DNA from: Paraspadella gotoi
Taxonomy: Eukaryota > Animalia > Chaetognatha
Length of the DNA stretch: 64,000 nt
NCBI GenBank assembly: GCA_051294375.1
Contig: CM119268.1
Span: 5,833,525-5,897,524, forward strand
Reading direction: 5' to 3'
This document shows, piece by piece, positions 1 to 19,847 of the stretch. The number at the start of each line of letters is the position of its first letter. Within the stretch, counting starts at the first letter, position 1. The notes under the pieces were generated by a model. That model made no database searches. It was not told the origin of the DNA and saw nothing but the letters and a program-made list of their open reading frames with translations. Both the position numbers and the translations under genes were made by a program.

Positions 1-355
1 AAGAGAAGAGAGAAGGAAGATTCCAGAGGACACATATTTTCTTGACGAGGACGTTCACAGCACGGGAATCTCGAGGTGGATGACAAGATGGGGTTGATGG
101 GGTGATGGTGACTGTTAGGACGGGGTGATGGGGTGATGGAGGATAATATGAAGAGGGGAAGGGTGATTGTGTGATGGGCTGATGTGAGAAATGGGTGACG
201 TGGATGATGATTTGATGTAATGATAATGATTGATATAATTATTATGATGGCGTAGATTTTAAATTTCTCTAAGAAAGGAATTATGTTGTGCCACTTATGA
301 AGAGACCGACCGACGACCGACCGAAATGGAAGACGACGCACGACGAAGAGGGAGA

Positions 356-599
356 AATGGGAGAGGTGGGGCAAGAAGGAAAGGGAAAGAGAGGGAAAGC
401 TGACCAGTTTAGCAGGGCCTCCGCTATTTAGCAGGGCCTCCGCTATCTAGCAGGGCCTCCGCTATTTAGCAGGGCCTCCGCCATTTAGCAGGGCCTCCGC
501 TATTTAGCAGGGCCTGCTCTATTCCGTTGCTCAATAAAAGGCTATTCGTTCTCGTTAACTTTAGCATACTGTCTCTTTTGACATCTGCAATTACGTTTC
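356..599 (+). repeat. Repeat block carrying a 19-bp minisatellite (TTTAGCAGGGCCTCCGCTA, ~6 units); further copies at 989-1326 (~11 units) and 3035-3279 (degenerate)
   Basis: The same unique flanks (GGGGCAAG..GACCAG and ATTCCGTTG..GCAATTACGTTTC) surround arrays of different unit number. Confidence 0.9.
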
Positions 600-917
600 N
601 NNNNNNNNNNNNNNNNNNNNNNNNNNNNNNNNNNNNNNNNNNNNNNNNNNNNNNNNNNNNNNNNNNNNNNNNNNNNNNNNNNNNNNNNNNNNNNNNNNNN
701 NNNNNNNNNNNNNNNNNNNNNNNNNNNNNNNNNNNNNNNNNNNNNNNNNNNNNNNNNNNNNNNNNNNNNNNNNNNNNNNNNNNNNNNNNNNNNNNNNNNN
801 NNNNNNNNNNNNNNNNNNNNNNNNNNNNNNNNNNNNNNNNNNNNNNNNNNNNNNNNNNNNNNNNNNNNNNNNNNNNNNNNNNNNNNNNNNNNNNNNNNNN
901 NNNNNNNNNNNNNNNNN
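600..917. other. Assembly gap (further N runs near 979, 3482, 3704-3923 and 56663)
   Basis: Runs of N. Confidence 0.99.
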
Positions 918-1829
918 GTCTGATATCATTTTGTTAATATTGATGCTATTTTAACATGAAAGTGATTTTAGTTGTTTTNNNNNNNNNNATGGGAGAGGTG
1001 GGGCAAGAAGGAAAGGGGAAGAGAGGGAAAGCGGACCAGTTTAGCAGGGCCTCCGCTATTTAGCAGGGCCTCCGCTATCTAGCAGGGCCGCCGCCATTTA
1101 GCAGGGCCTGCGCTATTTAGCAGTGCCTGCGCTATTTAGCAGGGCCTCCGCCATTTAGCAGAGCCTCCGCTATTTAGCAGGGCCTCCGCCATTTAGCAGG
1201 GTCTGCGATATTTAGCAGGGCCTGTGCTATTTAGCAGGGCCTGCGCTATTCCGTTGTTCAATAAAAGGCTATTCGTTCTCGTTAATTTTAGCATACTGTC
1301 TCTTTTGACATCTGCAATTACGTTTCGTTCGGTCGGTCGGTCGGTCTCTCAATAAGTGGCACAACTAATTCTTTTCTTAGAGAACATTTTAAAAATCTAC
1401 GCCATCATAATAATTATTAACATCATTATCCATTACCATCAAATCATCAACCACGTTTCACCCATTTCAACATCATGCCCATCACACAATCACCCTACCC
1501 CTCTTCATATTATCCTGCATCACCCCATCACCCCGTCCTTAACATCACCCCATACCCCATCAACCCCATCTTTGGTCATCCACATCAGAAAGATTCACCG
1601 TGCGTGAACGTCCTCGTCAAGAAAATTATGTGTCCTCTGAGACCGACTCTCTCTCTCTCTCTCTCTTCTCTCTCGCTCTCTTCTCTCTCTCCTCTCTCTC
1701 TTCTCTCTTCTCTCTCTCTCTCTCTCCTTTTTTACTTTCTCCTCCACTTTTTTTTCTCTTTCCGTCGCGTGTTGCCTTCTTCTCAATCTCTGTTGATGAG
1801 TCTCTCTCTCTCTCTCTCTCTCGTCTTCT

Positions 1830-1867
<38 letters not shown>

Positions 1868-2336
1868 TCTCCTCTCCTCCCCCTCCCGGAGGATTGTGTG
1901 TTTTTTCCTTGGATGAGTTGCTTGCCCCAATTTTCTCTCGCGGCGTCTTCACTTTTCCTTTTTCCCTTTTTTTACTGTTTTATTTTCTTTTTTTCTTTTG
2001 AATCGAAGATTATGTTTGAAAAATCACTTTATTTTCAATGGAACATAACATTAAAGATAGTTATCTTTGCTGGGGAGTGCTTTTTCAACATTGCCACTAG
2101 ACCGTCTTTATCTTTAAAATCTAGGTATATGGACTTTTTCTTTATAAGAAACAAACATTATGTTTTACATTTAGTGTTCACTTTTGCGTCTTGTTGGGTC
2201 CGTTGCAATTGGTTGTACTTATTTATGAAGCGAACATGAAATGAGAGAAACAACGAAATTGAGGCGGGAGAAGAAATTAGAAAATATGATATTTATTATT
2301 TGACTAAATTATTTACTTTCTCCCTCTCCCTCTCTC

Positions 2337-2370
<34 letters not shown>

Positions 2371-2536
2371 TCTCTCTCTCCTTCTCTCTCTCTTCTCTCT
2401 GTCTCTCTGTAATTAGATCATTTGTTCTGATTAGTTTCTCGATTGATTAGTCTCTTCCATTCTTTAGTATTCCTCTTCTTTATTCCTTTTTTCTCTCTTT
2501 CTTTCTTTCTTTCTTCTTTCTTCTTTCTTTTCTTTT

Positions 2537-2567
<31 letters not shown>

Positions 2568-2717
2568 TTTCTTTTCTCCATATTGCCAAGCGCTTTTCTT
2601 CTTTTCTCCGCCACTGGGTGTCGTCATGAACGACGCGCTCCATCTGCCGACGACCTCTCTATCTCTATCTGCTCTCTTTCTCTTTCTCTTTCTCTTTTCT
2701 CTTCTCTCTTATCTCTC

Positions 2718-2765
<48 letters not shown>

Positions 2766-4034
2766 CATCTACTCTTTGTCTTTCAAATCGAGTAAACGAC
2801 AAAGAAAGAAAAATTTCTTTCTTGTTCGTTTTTTTGTTACGGGTTATTTCTTGTTGCAAGTTCTTGTCGTCGTCATCGCCAGTCGTCTTCGTCGTCATCG
2901 CGATCGTCGTCTACTTGTCGATGGGTAACCGTTGACTTGACTCGAAATACATTCGTCTTCAAGAACAAACTAACTCTCAAATCTGGCTTCAGATGGGCGG
3001 ACGATAAAGGCTGCAGACAAGGGTTTATTTAAGGGGAGAAATGCAGAGGTTGGGGCAAGGAGGAAAGGAAAGAGAGGGAAAGTCTGACCAGTTTAGCAGC
3101 GGCGCTCGCGTATTTTAGCAGGGCCTCCGCTATCTAGCAGCGGCCTCCCTATTCAGCAGGCCTCCGCCATTTGCGGCTCGCTATTAGCAGGGCCTGCTCT
3201 ATTCCGTTGCTCAATAAAAGGCTATTCGTTCTCGTTAACTTTAGCATACTGCTCTTTTGACATCTTGCAATTACGTTTCACTCTTACCGCGTGGACGTGA
3301 GAGTACTCCTAGCGTCGATTGGACAATTGTAATCATTTACTATATCTTGAATCTGGTCTTTTTAGACTTTGTATCCTGTCTACGCGGTTTGTCTGATATA
3401 TTTTGTTAATTATTGATGCTATCTTTAACATGAAAGTGATTTATTGTTTTATGTTTTACCTAAATTGTCTTTATGACACTCNNNNNNNNNNNNNNNNNNN
3501 NNNNNNCCGTTTTGGTACCCCAAGAGACACTTTCTGTTCTCTCTCTTTCTCTCACTCTCTCTCTCATTTCTCTAACTCTCTCTCTCTTTCTCTATCTATC
3601 TCTATCTCTCTCTGTCGGAATCTAAAACCAAAACAAAATTTGAGAAACGAAGTAAACAAGAAGAGAAGAAAAAATGACTTGATTCATGCATATTGCATGG
3701 AGANNNNNNNNNNNNNNNNNNNNNNNNNNNNNNNNNNNNNNNNNNNNNNNNNNNNNNNNNNNNNNNNNNNNNNNNNNNNNNNNNNNNNNNNNNNNNNNNN
3801 NNNNNNNNNNNNNNNNNNNNNNNNNNNNNNNNNNNNNNNNNNNNNNNNNNNNNNNNNNNNNNNNNNNNNNNNNNNNNNNNNNNNNNNNNNNNNNNNNNNN
3901 NNNNNNNNNNNNNNNNNNNNNNNTCTCAGTCATTTGCATAATAAGTGAAAGAAAGGAAGGGAGAAAACAAGAATGAACAAATAATAGAAAGAAAGAAAGA
4001 AAGAAAGAAAGAGAGAATGAAAGAAAAGAAAGAG

Positions 4035-4065
<31 letters not shown>

Positions 4066-5862
4066 ATGAAAGAAAAGAAAGAGAGAAAGAAAGAAACAAA
4101 AAAGAAAGAAATAAATAAAGAAATAGTGAGAGAAAGAAAAAAAAAGAAATAAATGAAAGATTCTGCAACACTTAGTATTAATTACTACATTACTTTTAAG
4201 TTATAAACTAACATATTTAGTTATAAAAACTGGAACATTTCACCTTTACCTGACCGTTTGGTATCAAGAACATTGCAACTAAAGAAAGTTCTTGAGACAT
4301 TAAGGTTTTAAAATGTTATCTTTTTAAAACAATTTTTATCAAGAATCGCAAGAAATTGCGGGAACAAATTTTTTTAAAAAATCTCTATTTAAAAAAGAGT
4401 AGATCGGACAAAAATCGTTAATTTAATCGAAGTCAGACTCTTCAACTACTGATTTACTTAAAAACCATCATAAAAAGTTGAACAAAAATTAAAAAAAAAC
4501 AACAACAGCCCTTCAGATACTATATCCTTTTTTAAAATTGAAACATTCTAGGACTCGTTAAAAGTTAATTCATTACGGTGTATACGTTTTTTTAAAATAA
4601 AAACAAATTGTTGTCGAAATAAAATAAAACTTTCTCGTAAAGTTAATTCAAAAATGAAAGGAGCAGATTTGAACTAAACCTAATAAAATCTAATTTAAGT
4701 TACATTCAGTTACTACAAAATGTAAATATAAACAAAATATAAAAATATACTTTTTTTATACAAAAATCTGCTTTTTTGTTTTGTTTTCACACTTTTGGTT
4801 TTTTTTCCTTTTTTTGCTTTCTTTTATTTCTTTGCTTTGCTTGCTTTCTTTGCTTTCTTTCTGCTCTTAACTTTTTTTTGCTTTCTTTTCCCCGACTCTT
4901 TGCGCATAGGAGTGAGTGATTCGAGTTTAAGCGTCTCGGATCCAAATCGATTTCCGTTTTATCTCCTTTTTCTCTCTTTTTTTTCCTTTTTACCCTTTTC
5001 TCCCTTTTCCTCCAATTTTCAATTTTTTCCCCCTTTTTCCCCCCTTTTCCTATTTACTTTTTGCTTTTACCTTTCGAACTTAACCTTCCTATTTTCCTAT
5101 TTCTTATAAGTTCTTTCTAATTTCTTTCCTTTTTTCTTTTTTTCCTCTCGTCTTACCTCAATTTTCTTCTGATCCTTGTCATCTTCATCGTTTCCCTAAT
5201 CCTCTTACCCTACTATATCTTTAATATTTCTCCTTAATCTTCCTTTTCTTAATCTTCCTCCTCCCTAATCTTCCTCCTAAATCTTCCTCTTCTTCGATCT
5301 TCCTTCTCTTTAATCTTCCTTCTCCCTTATCTTCCTTAATCTTCTTTAATCTTGTTGTTCTTTACTCTTCCTCCTTCTTATTTTTTCACCTCCTTAACCT
5401 TTCTCCATCTTAATCTTCTAGCTTATTCTTCCTCATTATTTTTCCTGCTTCCTAATCTTACTTTTCTTTGATGTTCCTTCCCCTTAATCCTCCCCTTCTT
5501 TTATCTTTCTTCTCCTTAATCTTCCTCTTCTTTAATCCTTCTCCTTCTAATTTTTCCTCCTCCTTAGCCTTTCTTCCTCCTTAATCTTCCTCCCCCTTTC
5601 TCTCCCTCTTTTCTCAGCGTTAAAAACCATCACGTGATTTGAAATAAAAGTGTCAAAAAATTTCGAATATACAAATATAATTACTCTTATTATTAATTCT
5701 TTCCGATTATAACTTACTTTTTTTCCCCTAATCAGTTTAAACTTTCTCTCTGGAACATCGTTTTCCTTACCGTCCTTCTCACAAAAAACGTCTTGTTTAA
5801 CCTTACCCAAAAAACCGCTTTACTTACCTCCTCTTCCTCCTTCCTCTTCCTCCCTCTATTTC

Positions 5863-5945
<83 letters not shown>

Positions 5946-6034
5946 TTCTCCGCTTTTTCTTTTTTTTCATTTCTTTCTTTTCGTCTGGCGCCAACGCCGC
6001 TCTACCCGCGTCTCTCGCGCCGGCCGGTCTCTCG

Positions 6035-6120
<86 letters not shown>

Positions 6121-6139
6121 TTCTCGATGTGGAGCCGTG

Positions 6140-6300
6140 ATATCACCACCCCATAAGTGATTCTCTCGCCTTTTGCCGCGATTTCGACGTCGTGCGGAAG
6201 AAAAAGACGAGCTCTGATTGGTCGACGCGGAAATTCTTGTTTCGAGGCTGCGATTGGTCGGCGTTCGGCCGCGCGACGCGATATAATGCGGAAGTCGAAT
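6140..6300. promoter_or_regulatory. CpG-rich promoter-like island between (CT)n and (GA)n tracts
   Basis: Two GATTGGTCG boxes, GCGGAAG/GCGGAAA ETS-like sites and high CpG density in AT-rich surroundings. Confidence 0.5.
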
Positions 6301-6339
6301 CGAGAGGAATGAGAAAAAATAGAGACGGGGAATCGGAAG

Positions 6340-6372
<33 letters not shown>

Positions 6373-8990
6373 CGAGAGAGAGAGAGGAGCGACGAGGAGA
6401 GAGGAGAGAGAGAGAGGAGAGAGACTGAAGGGACCGAGAGAGAGATAGAAGAGAGAGGGAGAGATCAGAGAGAGAGAGAGAGAGAGGAGGATGAGATGAT
6501 GAGGAGAGAGAGACTTTGTTTCCCACTACGCCTACAAACGCCAGTAGTATTAGCATTACAACTTTTCGCTAAAGATTAAAGTTTTTATTTTATTAAATTG
6601 GTACATTTTTATTTCATAGTTTTTATAAGTTTTTTGTTAACTTTACTACAAGAGCGGTCGGCGATATATTTGTTTCTTTTTATATTTCGTTTTACAGACA
6701 GTTTTACTCGTTATTTAAAAAGTAAAAAATCTGAATACATTCATGCGTTAATCCAAACTCAAAATACTAATAAAGAAAAACTGGGCTTCATCTTGGATTC
6801 CAACGATTAAAATCTCATTTAAAATAATAATACATCCACGGGCGACGCTCTTTTCGGGCTCTTTTGTTTGGCACAGTGAAAACGTTCGGCACAGTGGTAC
6901 ACAGTCTCGTTCTTCCCAGTTTTGACTCCACAGTGTTTTTTTCTCGTTCCTCGTCGCCTTTTAGTCTCACGGTTCACGAAATTCACCTCAACTTTCGTTT
7001 TTAGAAAAAAAACCGGGGGGGGGTGAAAATACGATCCAGTCTGCTACTTGAACCATAAGTCGCCGCTTCAACTTTTCATTCCTTCTTTTCGAGAATATTT
7101 TTTCGCGCATCCTCCTCCTCCTCTTCCTCCTCCTCGTTTTGTTTATATTTATATTTTCATTCATAATCGGATCTCATTTTTCCGTCACAAACTTGACCTT
7201 TTTGTCTTTTTTTTTTTATTGAATATATAAACAGAGAGACGGACCGACCTACAGAGTAGCGTCTTATAGAGTTACGTCTGTAGCCACGAGTTTTTTCCCA
7301 CTCTACAATTTTTTCCGCCATTTTTTTTTCTTAGTTTTTTTTTTGTCTTCTTCCTTTTCATATTCTCATTTCCTTTCCTCTTATATTCTTCTCTTTAAAT
7401 TTTTTTTAAATCAATAAATTTTATGATTTTAATTTTTAGTTTTTTAGTTATTTTTTAGTTAACTAGAATTAATTTATGAATTTAATTTTATAATTAATTT
7501 GATATTAAACATTAATTTTATTTTCCGTTCTGAGTCAATATCTTCTTTCTTTTTTCCTTCTCTTCTTCCTTTCTTTTCCTTTTAATATCTTTTCATCTCC
7601 CATTTCTTTCAACTCCATCATACTATTCCTCTTATTATCACACTTATTATTTCCTACCTCCAAACTTTTTTTCCTTTTCCTCCCTTTTTCTCCCTCAATT
7701 CCTCCAATTCTTCCATCTTATCTCCTACCTCTCGCTCTCTCCTCCCTTTCCTCCTCCTCCTCCTCCTCCTCCTCATCCTCCTCCTCCCGCCCGAACAGGC
7801 GCCACCGAGTCGCCTTTGCGTCATTCAAACGTCCCGCGTCGAACAAAGAGGACGCCATATCGTCGTCGTCGTCGTCGTGTTCCTCGTCGTATTCGTCGTC
7901 ATATTAGTTGTCGTTGTTTTCGTCGTCGTCGTCATCGTCATTGTTTTATTCGTCGTCTTCTTTGTCGTTGTATTCGTTGTCGTCTTAGTTGTTTTCTACA
8001 TCGTCGTCGTCGTCGTGTTCGTCATCGTGTTGGTTGTCGTCCTCGTCCTCGTCTTCTTCATCGTCGTCATCGTCGTCTTCGCAATATACGTCGTTGCTGC
8101 CTTCGTCATCGTCGTCATCGTCATCGTCGCGGTCAACGTCGACGTTTACGAAGCGTCGTCATCGTCTTGTTAATGTTAAATTGTTTGTTTGTTTAGATTA
8201 TTTTCTCTTTATTTGATTTTGATTTGTTTATCCCATTTGTTTAGTTTATTTGTTTTTTGTTTTTTTCCTCGTTTCGTCTACGTCACTCGTCGTCATGGAA
8301 ACGACGAAACAGCATTTAAAGAATCAATTTTAATAAAAAAAACCCCAAATTCTTCGTTTAAATCATTCCACAAATTTTGGAAAAAAAAAGGGGAGGTAAT
8401 TTTCAAATTTTCATAAAACCGTAGACGAAACGAACCAAATTCAGGTTATATAACGTTTTAAATATTTTCCAAATAGTTTTTAAAGAATTAACTAATGATC
8501 CTTGATGAAGTAAATCAATCGATCTCGTCTTTTAATTACTGTCCGATAATAAAAAAAAGAAAGAGTTCCCATTGTAAATCAAGAATAATAAAATAAGAAG
8601 AATACGATCAGAAATTAAGAAAAAAAAAGAAGAAAAAAAAATTAGGACGTGTATTGTGTTCCCGAAAACCGTTCTAGGCATTAGTCATAGTATTTATAAT
8701 CGTATTATATAAAAGAAAACAAAAGAGAACTAAAGGGCGGGAGAAAAAAAAAGAGAAAAGGCTACAAGTGCTTAATGATCTTCGTGAAAAAATGAAAAGA
8801 AAATAGGAAAAAATAAAAGAGAAAAGAAAAAGGAAAACAGAAAAAAAAGAAAAAAAAGAGAAAATAAAAGATTTACGGTTTTTGTAGAATCGAGATTTGA
8901 ATTAATTGAAATTTGTTTTTATTCATTTTCATACATTATCTTTTAGTTTTTAAAAAAATTAACAATATTTTTTTAAAATGATAAAAAATC

Positions 8991-9072
<82 letters not shown>

Positions 9073-9367
9073 ACTATCTATCTATCTATTTATTTCTGTT
9101 TCGTCTCCTTATCTTTCCTCCTTTTTTTAAATATGACAATGTCGACTATCGTAATATGAACTATTAACAATTCGCGAGCGAAAAGAAAAAAAAGAAACCA
9201 TTATTTTTTTTAGCGGTCATTTACCTTTCGATTTTTATTTAATTTGAATTTTTTTAAAACTTAGTATTCATCGCGTCGAAAGACTTTTTTCTTTCTCTGA
9301 AAGAGAACATGCTCGTGATCATTAATAAATGAAATAATATACTCTTAATTCAAACTATTCATTTCTC

Positions 9368-9676
9368 CCGCCATTTTAGAGCCGCTCTTTCGCCCGAAAA
9401 ATAATTTTTACTCAAGATGGCGCGTCGATCTTAACGTCTCGAAACTGACGTCAACAACGCGAAAAAAGTAACGTCACCAGAAAGAAAAAATAACGTCTTT
9501 TAAAGGATCGAAAAGAAAAGCGACGTAATTCGATTGACGTCTCGCGTGACGTCACCGGAAATGACGTTATGACGTCACGAACAAAGCCGTGATGTCAATT
9601 GGCGCCAACATGAAGGGAAATATTTTCGTTTTGGCGCCAAAAGAAGAAGAGGAAGAAGAAGAGGAAAACAGAAGGT
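9368..9676 (+). promoter_or_regulatory. Motif-dense promoter, probably of the Smad gene, followed by a splice donor at 9675
   Basis: YY1-like CCGCCATTTT (9368) and AAGATGGCG (9414); TGACGTCA at 9446, 9547 and 9570; ETS CCGGAAA (9555); TTGGCGCCAA (9599) and TTTTGGCGCCAAAA (9629); AAG|GTAAAG donor. Confidence 0.6.
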
Positions 9677-10707
9677 AAAGAGGTGTTGTTGTTGTTGTTT
9701 TTGTTGTTCTTGTCGTCGTCGTTAGCTCATGTCTAATAACTGAGTTTTTTAAATTGATAAAATGATAACGTTTCGAAACGATTTCTCTTTTAGAATAAAA
9801 AAAATCTGCTGGAATAGCAAAAATATACCAACTATTTTAAGACTAAATTTTAAATTTAAATTTTAATCTCCGATAATATTTTTTACAGTAGTTTTCAAAA
9901 CAATTTCGAACCTCCTTTCTCAAGATTTCTCTCTAGAATTTTCGCAGTCAATAAGTAGGATCAGTAGCGACTTGATAAGATTATCATCTTTTTATGCCGT
10001 CGTCGTCGTCGTTGTCGTCGTCATTTTCTTCCGCGATTCTTAGTCATCCCTTTTTATTCTTTGTCATTGTTATTGTGAATATACGTGCAACTTTCTTTTT
10101 CTAATACAGTTCATTTAAATTATTTCTTTTTTAACAATAGTTTATAGGTTTCGTTTAATTACTTAGCAAAAAAAAAGTAACTTTTAAAAAAGGGGCGAAA
10201 ATATAAAAGCTTTAATAAATCTTTCCTAATAAATCCTTCCGAAAATAAATTTTTTGGGAGAACTCTTTTTGTTCTTTTGTCAGAAATAAAATGAAATAAT
10301 TGAACCTTACGCGTGGAAGGGAATAGTTTAGATTGACAAAGTTTTTCTCTCAAGTTCAACTTCTCTTTCTTCCTATCTATTTCGTTTTCCTATCTTAAGG
10401 TTACGAATCATTCTTCTACTTCTCTTTCTTTCTATCTTTTTCATTTTATCCTCTCTTTTACTTGTCTTTTTTCGTATAATTTTAATAATTTTCTGATTTT
10501 CTATAGAACATTGTACTTACCTATTTTTCCTTTTTAAATCTTTCTGTTTTACTTTTCCTCTCCCAGTCTTTTCTTTTTTCCCGCCCTTCTCCCTACCTTT
10601 TTGTTTAATTGAAAAAAAAAAGAAAAAAAGAAAAAAATCCAAACAAAATGAGAAAAGAAAGATAAACAGAATTAAAAATGACAAACAGGTTTTTTTTCGT
10701 CCCTCTC

Positions 10708-10814
<107 letters not shown>

Positions 10815-11200
10815 TTTTGGATTTTTTTTGTCCAGAAGGTTTTCCGGACTGGAATTACTTAATGTATAGCAATCCGACAAAAAACAATGTACACTGAATT
10901 TATTTTTTACACAAAATGACATTTACAACTTTTTAAATTTCTATTTAGTTTAATTTATGGTTTTTTTTATATTATTAACAAAAAATACAGGTTTTGGAAT
11001 AAAAAATAAAGCTAAAATTTTTACCTTTTAATTTTCAAAACAACCTTAATTCATAATCATTAAGAAGTTAACATTCATTGATTTTTTAAATAGCCATAAA
11101 CCTTTATTAGGCTTTACAGTAAGTTGGAAACTAGTCTGTCATCGCTTAATTTACTGTTTCTTTTCAATTATTCTCTCTCTCTCTCTCTCTCTCTTCTCTC

Positions 11201-11249
<49 letters not shown>

Positions 11250-11907
11250 ACAGCTTCTCGTCTTGACATAAGCGCATTACATTCACAACAAAAAGGACAA
11301 AAAGAAAAGTGAGAAAGAAAATAAGAAGCAAAAGAAGAGAATCACAAAAGAGAAAAGAAAGAAAAAAAAATATTCTCGGTGAGAAAAAAAACGAAAACGA
11401 ATCGTCCAATTCGCTCAGATCTGCAGCAAACACAGATTCTGCGGCAAACTGAAATTGTACAGCAAACTCGAACCTGCCGCAAATTAACCCGACTCTCTCT
11501 TGGACCATACACGCTCTCAGCCGATCGGCCACGCCGATTTTCCAGCCGTAAAAGCCCAACGATCCACGCTCCTTCAGACACTTAAACCTTTAATCCCACC
11601 TTTTTATTCTTACCACCTTTGCCACTGTACACCAGCCACCCCCGGACTACCCCTCCCCCCTCCGATCCCCTTCCCTCCCCCCAGATTTTTCTACCTTTCA
11701 TCTATTCGATTTTGAAAGCGAAACAAAAGCACAATTTTCTTCTCTGCTTTTTCTGCCCGCAATCTTAATTCCATCCTCGATTCTTTACTTCAACGTTGAC
11801 GGAATTTTTTGGTAAAAACAAAAGACAAAAAGGAAAAAATCGATAAATTAAGAACGGAATATAATAAAAGTGAACGATTTAAAATAAACGAAACAAAAAA
11901 GAAAACA

Positions 11908-11965
<58 letters not shown>

Positions 11966-12246
11966 GCGCAAATGTTGATATATTTTTTAAATTTCTTTTA
12001 AATTGGATAAAAAAAAATTTCGTCGCGCAATAAAAAAAAAAAACTAATAAAGCGAACAAAAACAAAAAACATAAGTGAATTGAAAAAAAAAGAAAACATA
12101 AGAAAAACAAAAAAGAGGAATATTATCTCATTTATCGTTTCATTCCGTCACGTGATATCATAATTAACCCTGCTTCCATCGCTCGGATTCTGGATAAAAA
12201 AAAATAAAATGAGTTCAGGTCTCTGTTTTGTTTTTGTTTTTTAATA

Positions 12247-12268
12247 AATCAATCAATCAATCAATCAG

Positions 12269-12341
<73 letters not shown>

Positions 12342-12411
12342 AAATAAATAAATAAATTAAATCAATTAAATCAATTAAATCAATTAAATCAAATCAATCA
12401 AAATCAAATTA

Positions 12412-12450
<39 letters not shown>
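12247..12450. repeat. (AATC)n microsatellite abutting the acceptor of the first coding Smad exon
   Basis: About 200 bp of AATC/AAAT repeats end in ...CAATCAAACAG at 12453. Confidence 0.9.
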
Positions 12451-12473
12451 CAGGAGCTCCCTCCCCGACGGCG

Positions 12474-17294
<4,821 letters not shown>

Positions 17295-17475
17295 AAACAA
17301 TTATTCCAATTTTAAAATTTTGTGAAAAATAAAAATAATTAAACAAAAATTGCATCATAAAAAAACTTTTTTACTCGACGACGATGAGATTAAAATTTAA
17401 TAAATAAATAAATAATACAGCAAAATTTTTTTTATGAGTAAGATGCTCTAGCGTCACCTCAACTTACATTAATTC

Positions 17476-17508
<33 letters not shown>

Positions 17509-18274
17509 TTTCAACTTCGAACGAAATGTCATATCACTTTTTTTTTTATAATTATGCAAACAAAAAGGATAAGTAATTAAAAACTATTTCATCTCTACCA
17601 TCAAGATCAATAAATTAATCTACTTTTTCGTCGTCGTCATCACCATATTTTCTTGCATGTTTATTTCTTTCTTTTTTTTTCATTTAAGAGTCACATTTTT
17701 TTTACAAACATTAAAATGTTTTTTTTTTCCTATCTTAACTTTTTTTATTTTTACTCGGTTTTTATAATTTGTTTTTCTGCTAAAGTTAAATTCTTTATCG
17801 AATTAAATAATTTTTTTACTTTGCTGGGCCGTTTTTTCTATCAGAAAAAAATATTATTTGACCCTTTGACAATTAAATATTTTTTCTGTATAATTTTTAA
17901 AAAAAACAAACTAAAATGTAGTCTAACGACGGCCTCAAAAAATAACCGCCTGTATTTTACAATCGTCGGTTCTGTGAAGTTTGTAATTTTTTTGTGATTA
18001 TTGTTATTGTTGTTGCCCACGGTTTCATTTTTGTTTATTTTTTTTTTACTTTTACTTAAATTCTCAGTTTTGTGGTCACTTAATTCCTTTTTTAGGACAA
18101 ACCTTTTGTATATCGTTAGTCGTAATTCTATCAGTGATTGAAAATCTAGTCTATACTTTGTTTTAAAATTATTTTGTTAACAAAATAAACACATATCAAT
18201 TTATCATCTTCACGCCGCCTCTGTTTTCGCTATTCTTTTTTTTTATTTTTCTCTCTCTCTCTCTCTCTTTCTCT

Positions 18275-18347
<73 letters not shown>

Positions 18348-19637
18348 CTCTCTTAGATTTCCAAATGTTATTCTTTTATTGTAATCTAGTCTCTATTTTC
18401 AAAATTGACGTTGCATTTCAAATTTGGTTAATTAAAGATTTATAATATTCATAGAGAAAGACAGTGTGTTTATAAGTTTTTTGTTTTTATGGCCATTCAC
18501 TCTTACGGACGCAATATAAACGGAAAAAAAGTTCTTTTGACTTTTTTTAATTTATTCACAATAAAAAAAGCCATATCTTTTGTTTCTTTTTTAGCTTTTT
18601 TTTTCAATTGTATTTTTCGGTTATTTGACGAATTTAATCGTTTCTTTGTAAATTGACTCTCCATTTTTTCATGAAAAAAAAAAATAAATCGGTCATCATT
18701 TTATTTAAATATTTTTTTTTGAAATTGCAAAATTGCAGATAGCTTGAAAAATGTTAAGTTTGATAGCGAAGTTGAACCTTGTGCAGTCTGCCGTCCGAAC
18801 AACTGTTTTTACGTGTTGAGATTAATTTGCGGATATGCTTTTCAAAAATTGCTTTTTTGCTTATTCATCAGTAAATATTGATAAGAAATAAATACTATGA
18901 TAAAGTCTTTACCTCACACTGATACCACATGAACTTGTCGAATGGGAATCGGAAAATAAAATGTTTTATTTTAGTTGCGGCACAAGTACTCGCGAACCAA
19001 CTCTAGATAATTTTTGGTCGCTCGGTCTGTCTGTCTGTTGCTCAAACTTGAGTAATGCTGCAGTTTATGTTAGGTAAAGGTAAGGTATCAATAAAAGCTG
19101 TTTGTGTATAATTTTTTACTTAATACTTCATATTTTTTTATTCCTTATGATAATATGTATTTAGACATTTCAATTAAATTGAATTCAATCAATTAAATTT
19201 CAAAATGTAGGAAGAAAAACAAGATATAGTCTCTGATTGAACCACATTACGCTCTTAGTTTTTATCCTTTTTTTATTAGCTTCAATTTTTTCATATATAC
19301 CATTCCATAATTTCTCATAATTCACTCTTAAAAAAAATCACCGTTAATTCTTAAAACTTGGGAGCAAATAAACAGAGAGACTCGATTAACTTAAATGAAA
19401 AAGAAATTAAAAAAGAGAAATCTTTTAAAAAATTTCTATTCAGAAAAAAAGAATTTAGGGAAAAAAAAAGTTTTTTTCTTCGCAAAACTTAGATATTAAT
19501 TTTTTCTTTTTTTCTTTTTTTTCAAATGTGAAACGAAATCAGAATATCGTTTCGCAGTCGGTGACGATTCCTTTTATTTTTGCCATCTCCCGTCCACGCG
19601 GGACGGCGTCACCGTCGCACGCCATTCTACGTCAAAA

Positions 19638-19792
19638 ATGGCGCGAACTCGCGTCTCTTTGAAGCGCGAATGGCGTCGGGATTCGCGTCACGGATCGAAT
19701 CTCGAGGATCTCGCGATGGAAATCGATTGGGGACAATTGAAGAAAATTCCGGAAGACGAGATGGCGTCGGTGATTACGTTACCCAAGAAAAA

Positions 19793-19847
<55 letters not shown>

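Noticed and set aside
408-1250. 19-bp repeat arrays resembling a CRISPR array
   Set aside because: The units are directly tandem with no unique spacers, there are no cas genes, and the context is eukaryotic.
1589-1640. Possible exon after a C/A-rich intron-like tract
   Set aside because: The two inverted copies disagree in frame and no protein was recognisable.
7816-8216. Arg-rich protamine-like, poly-Val and poly-Ser ORFs
   Set aside because: They are translations of a degenerate (TCG)n microsatellite with non-ATG starts.
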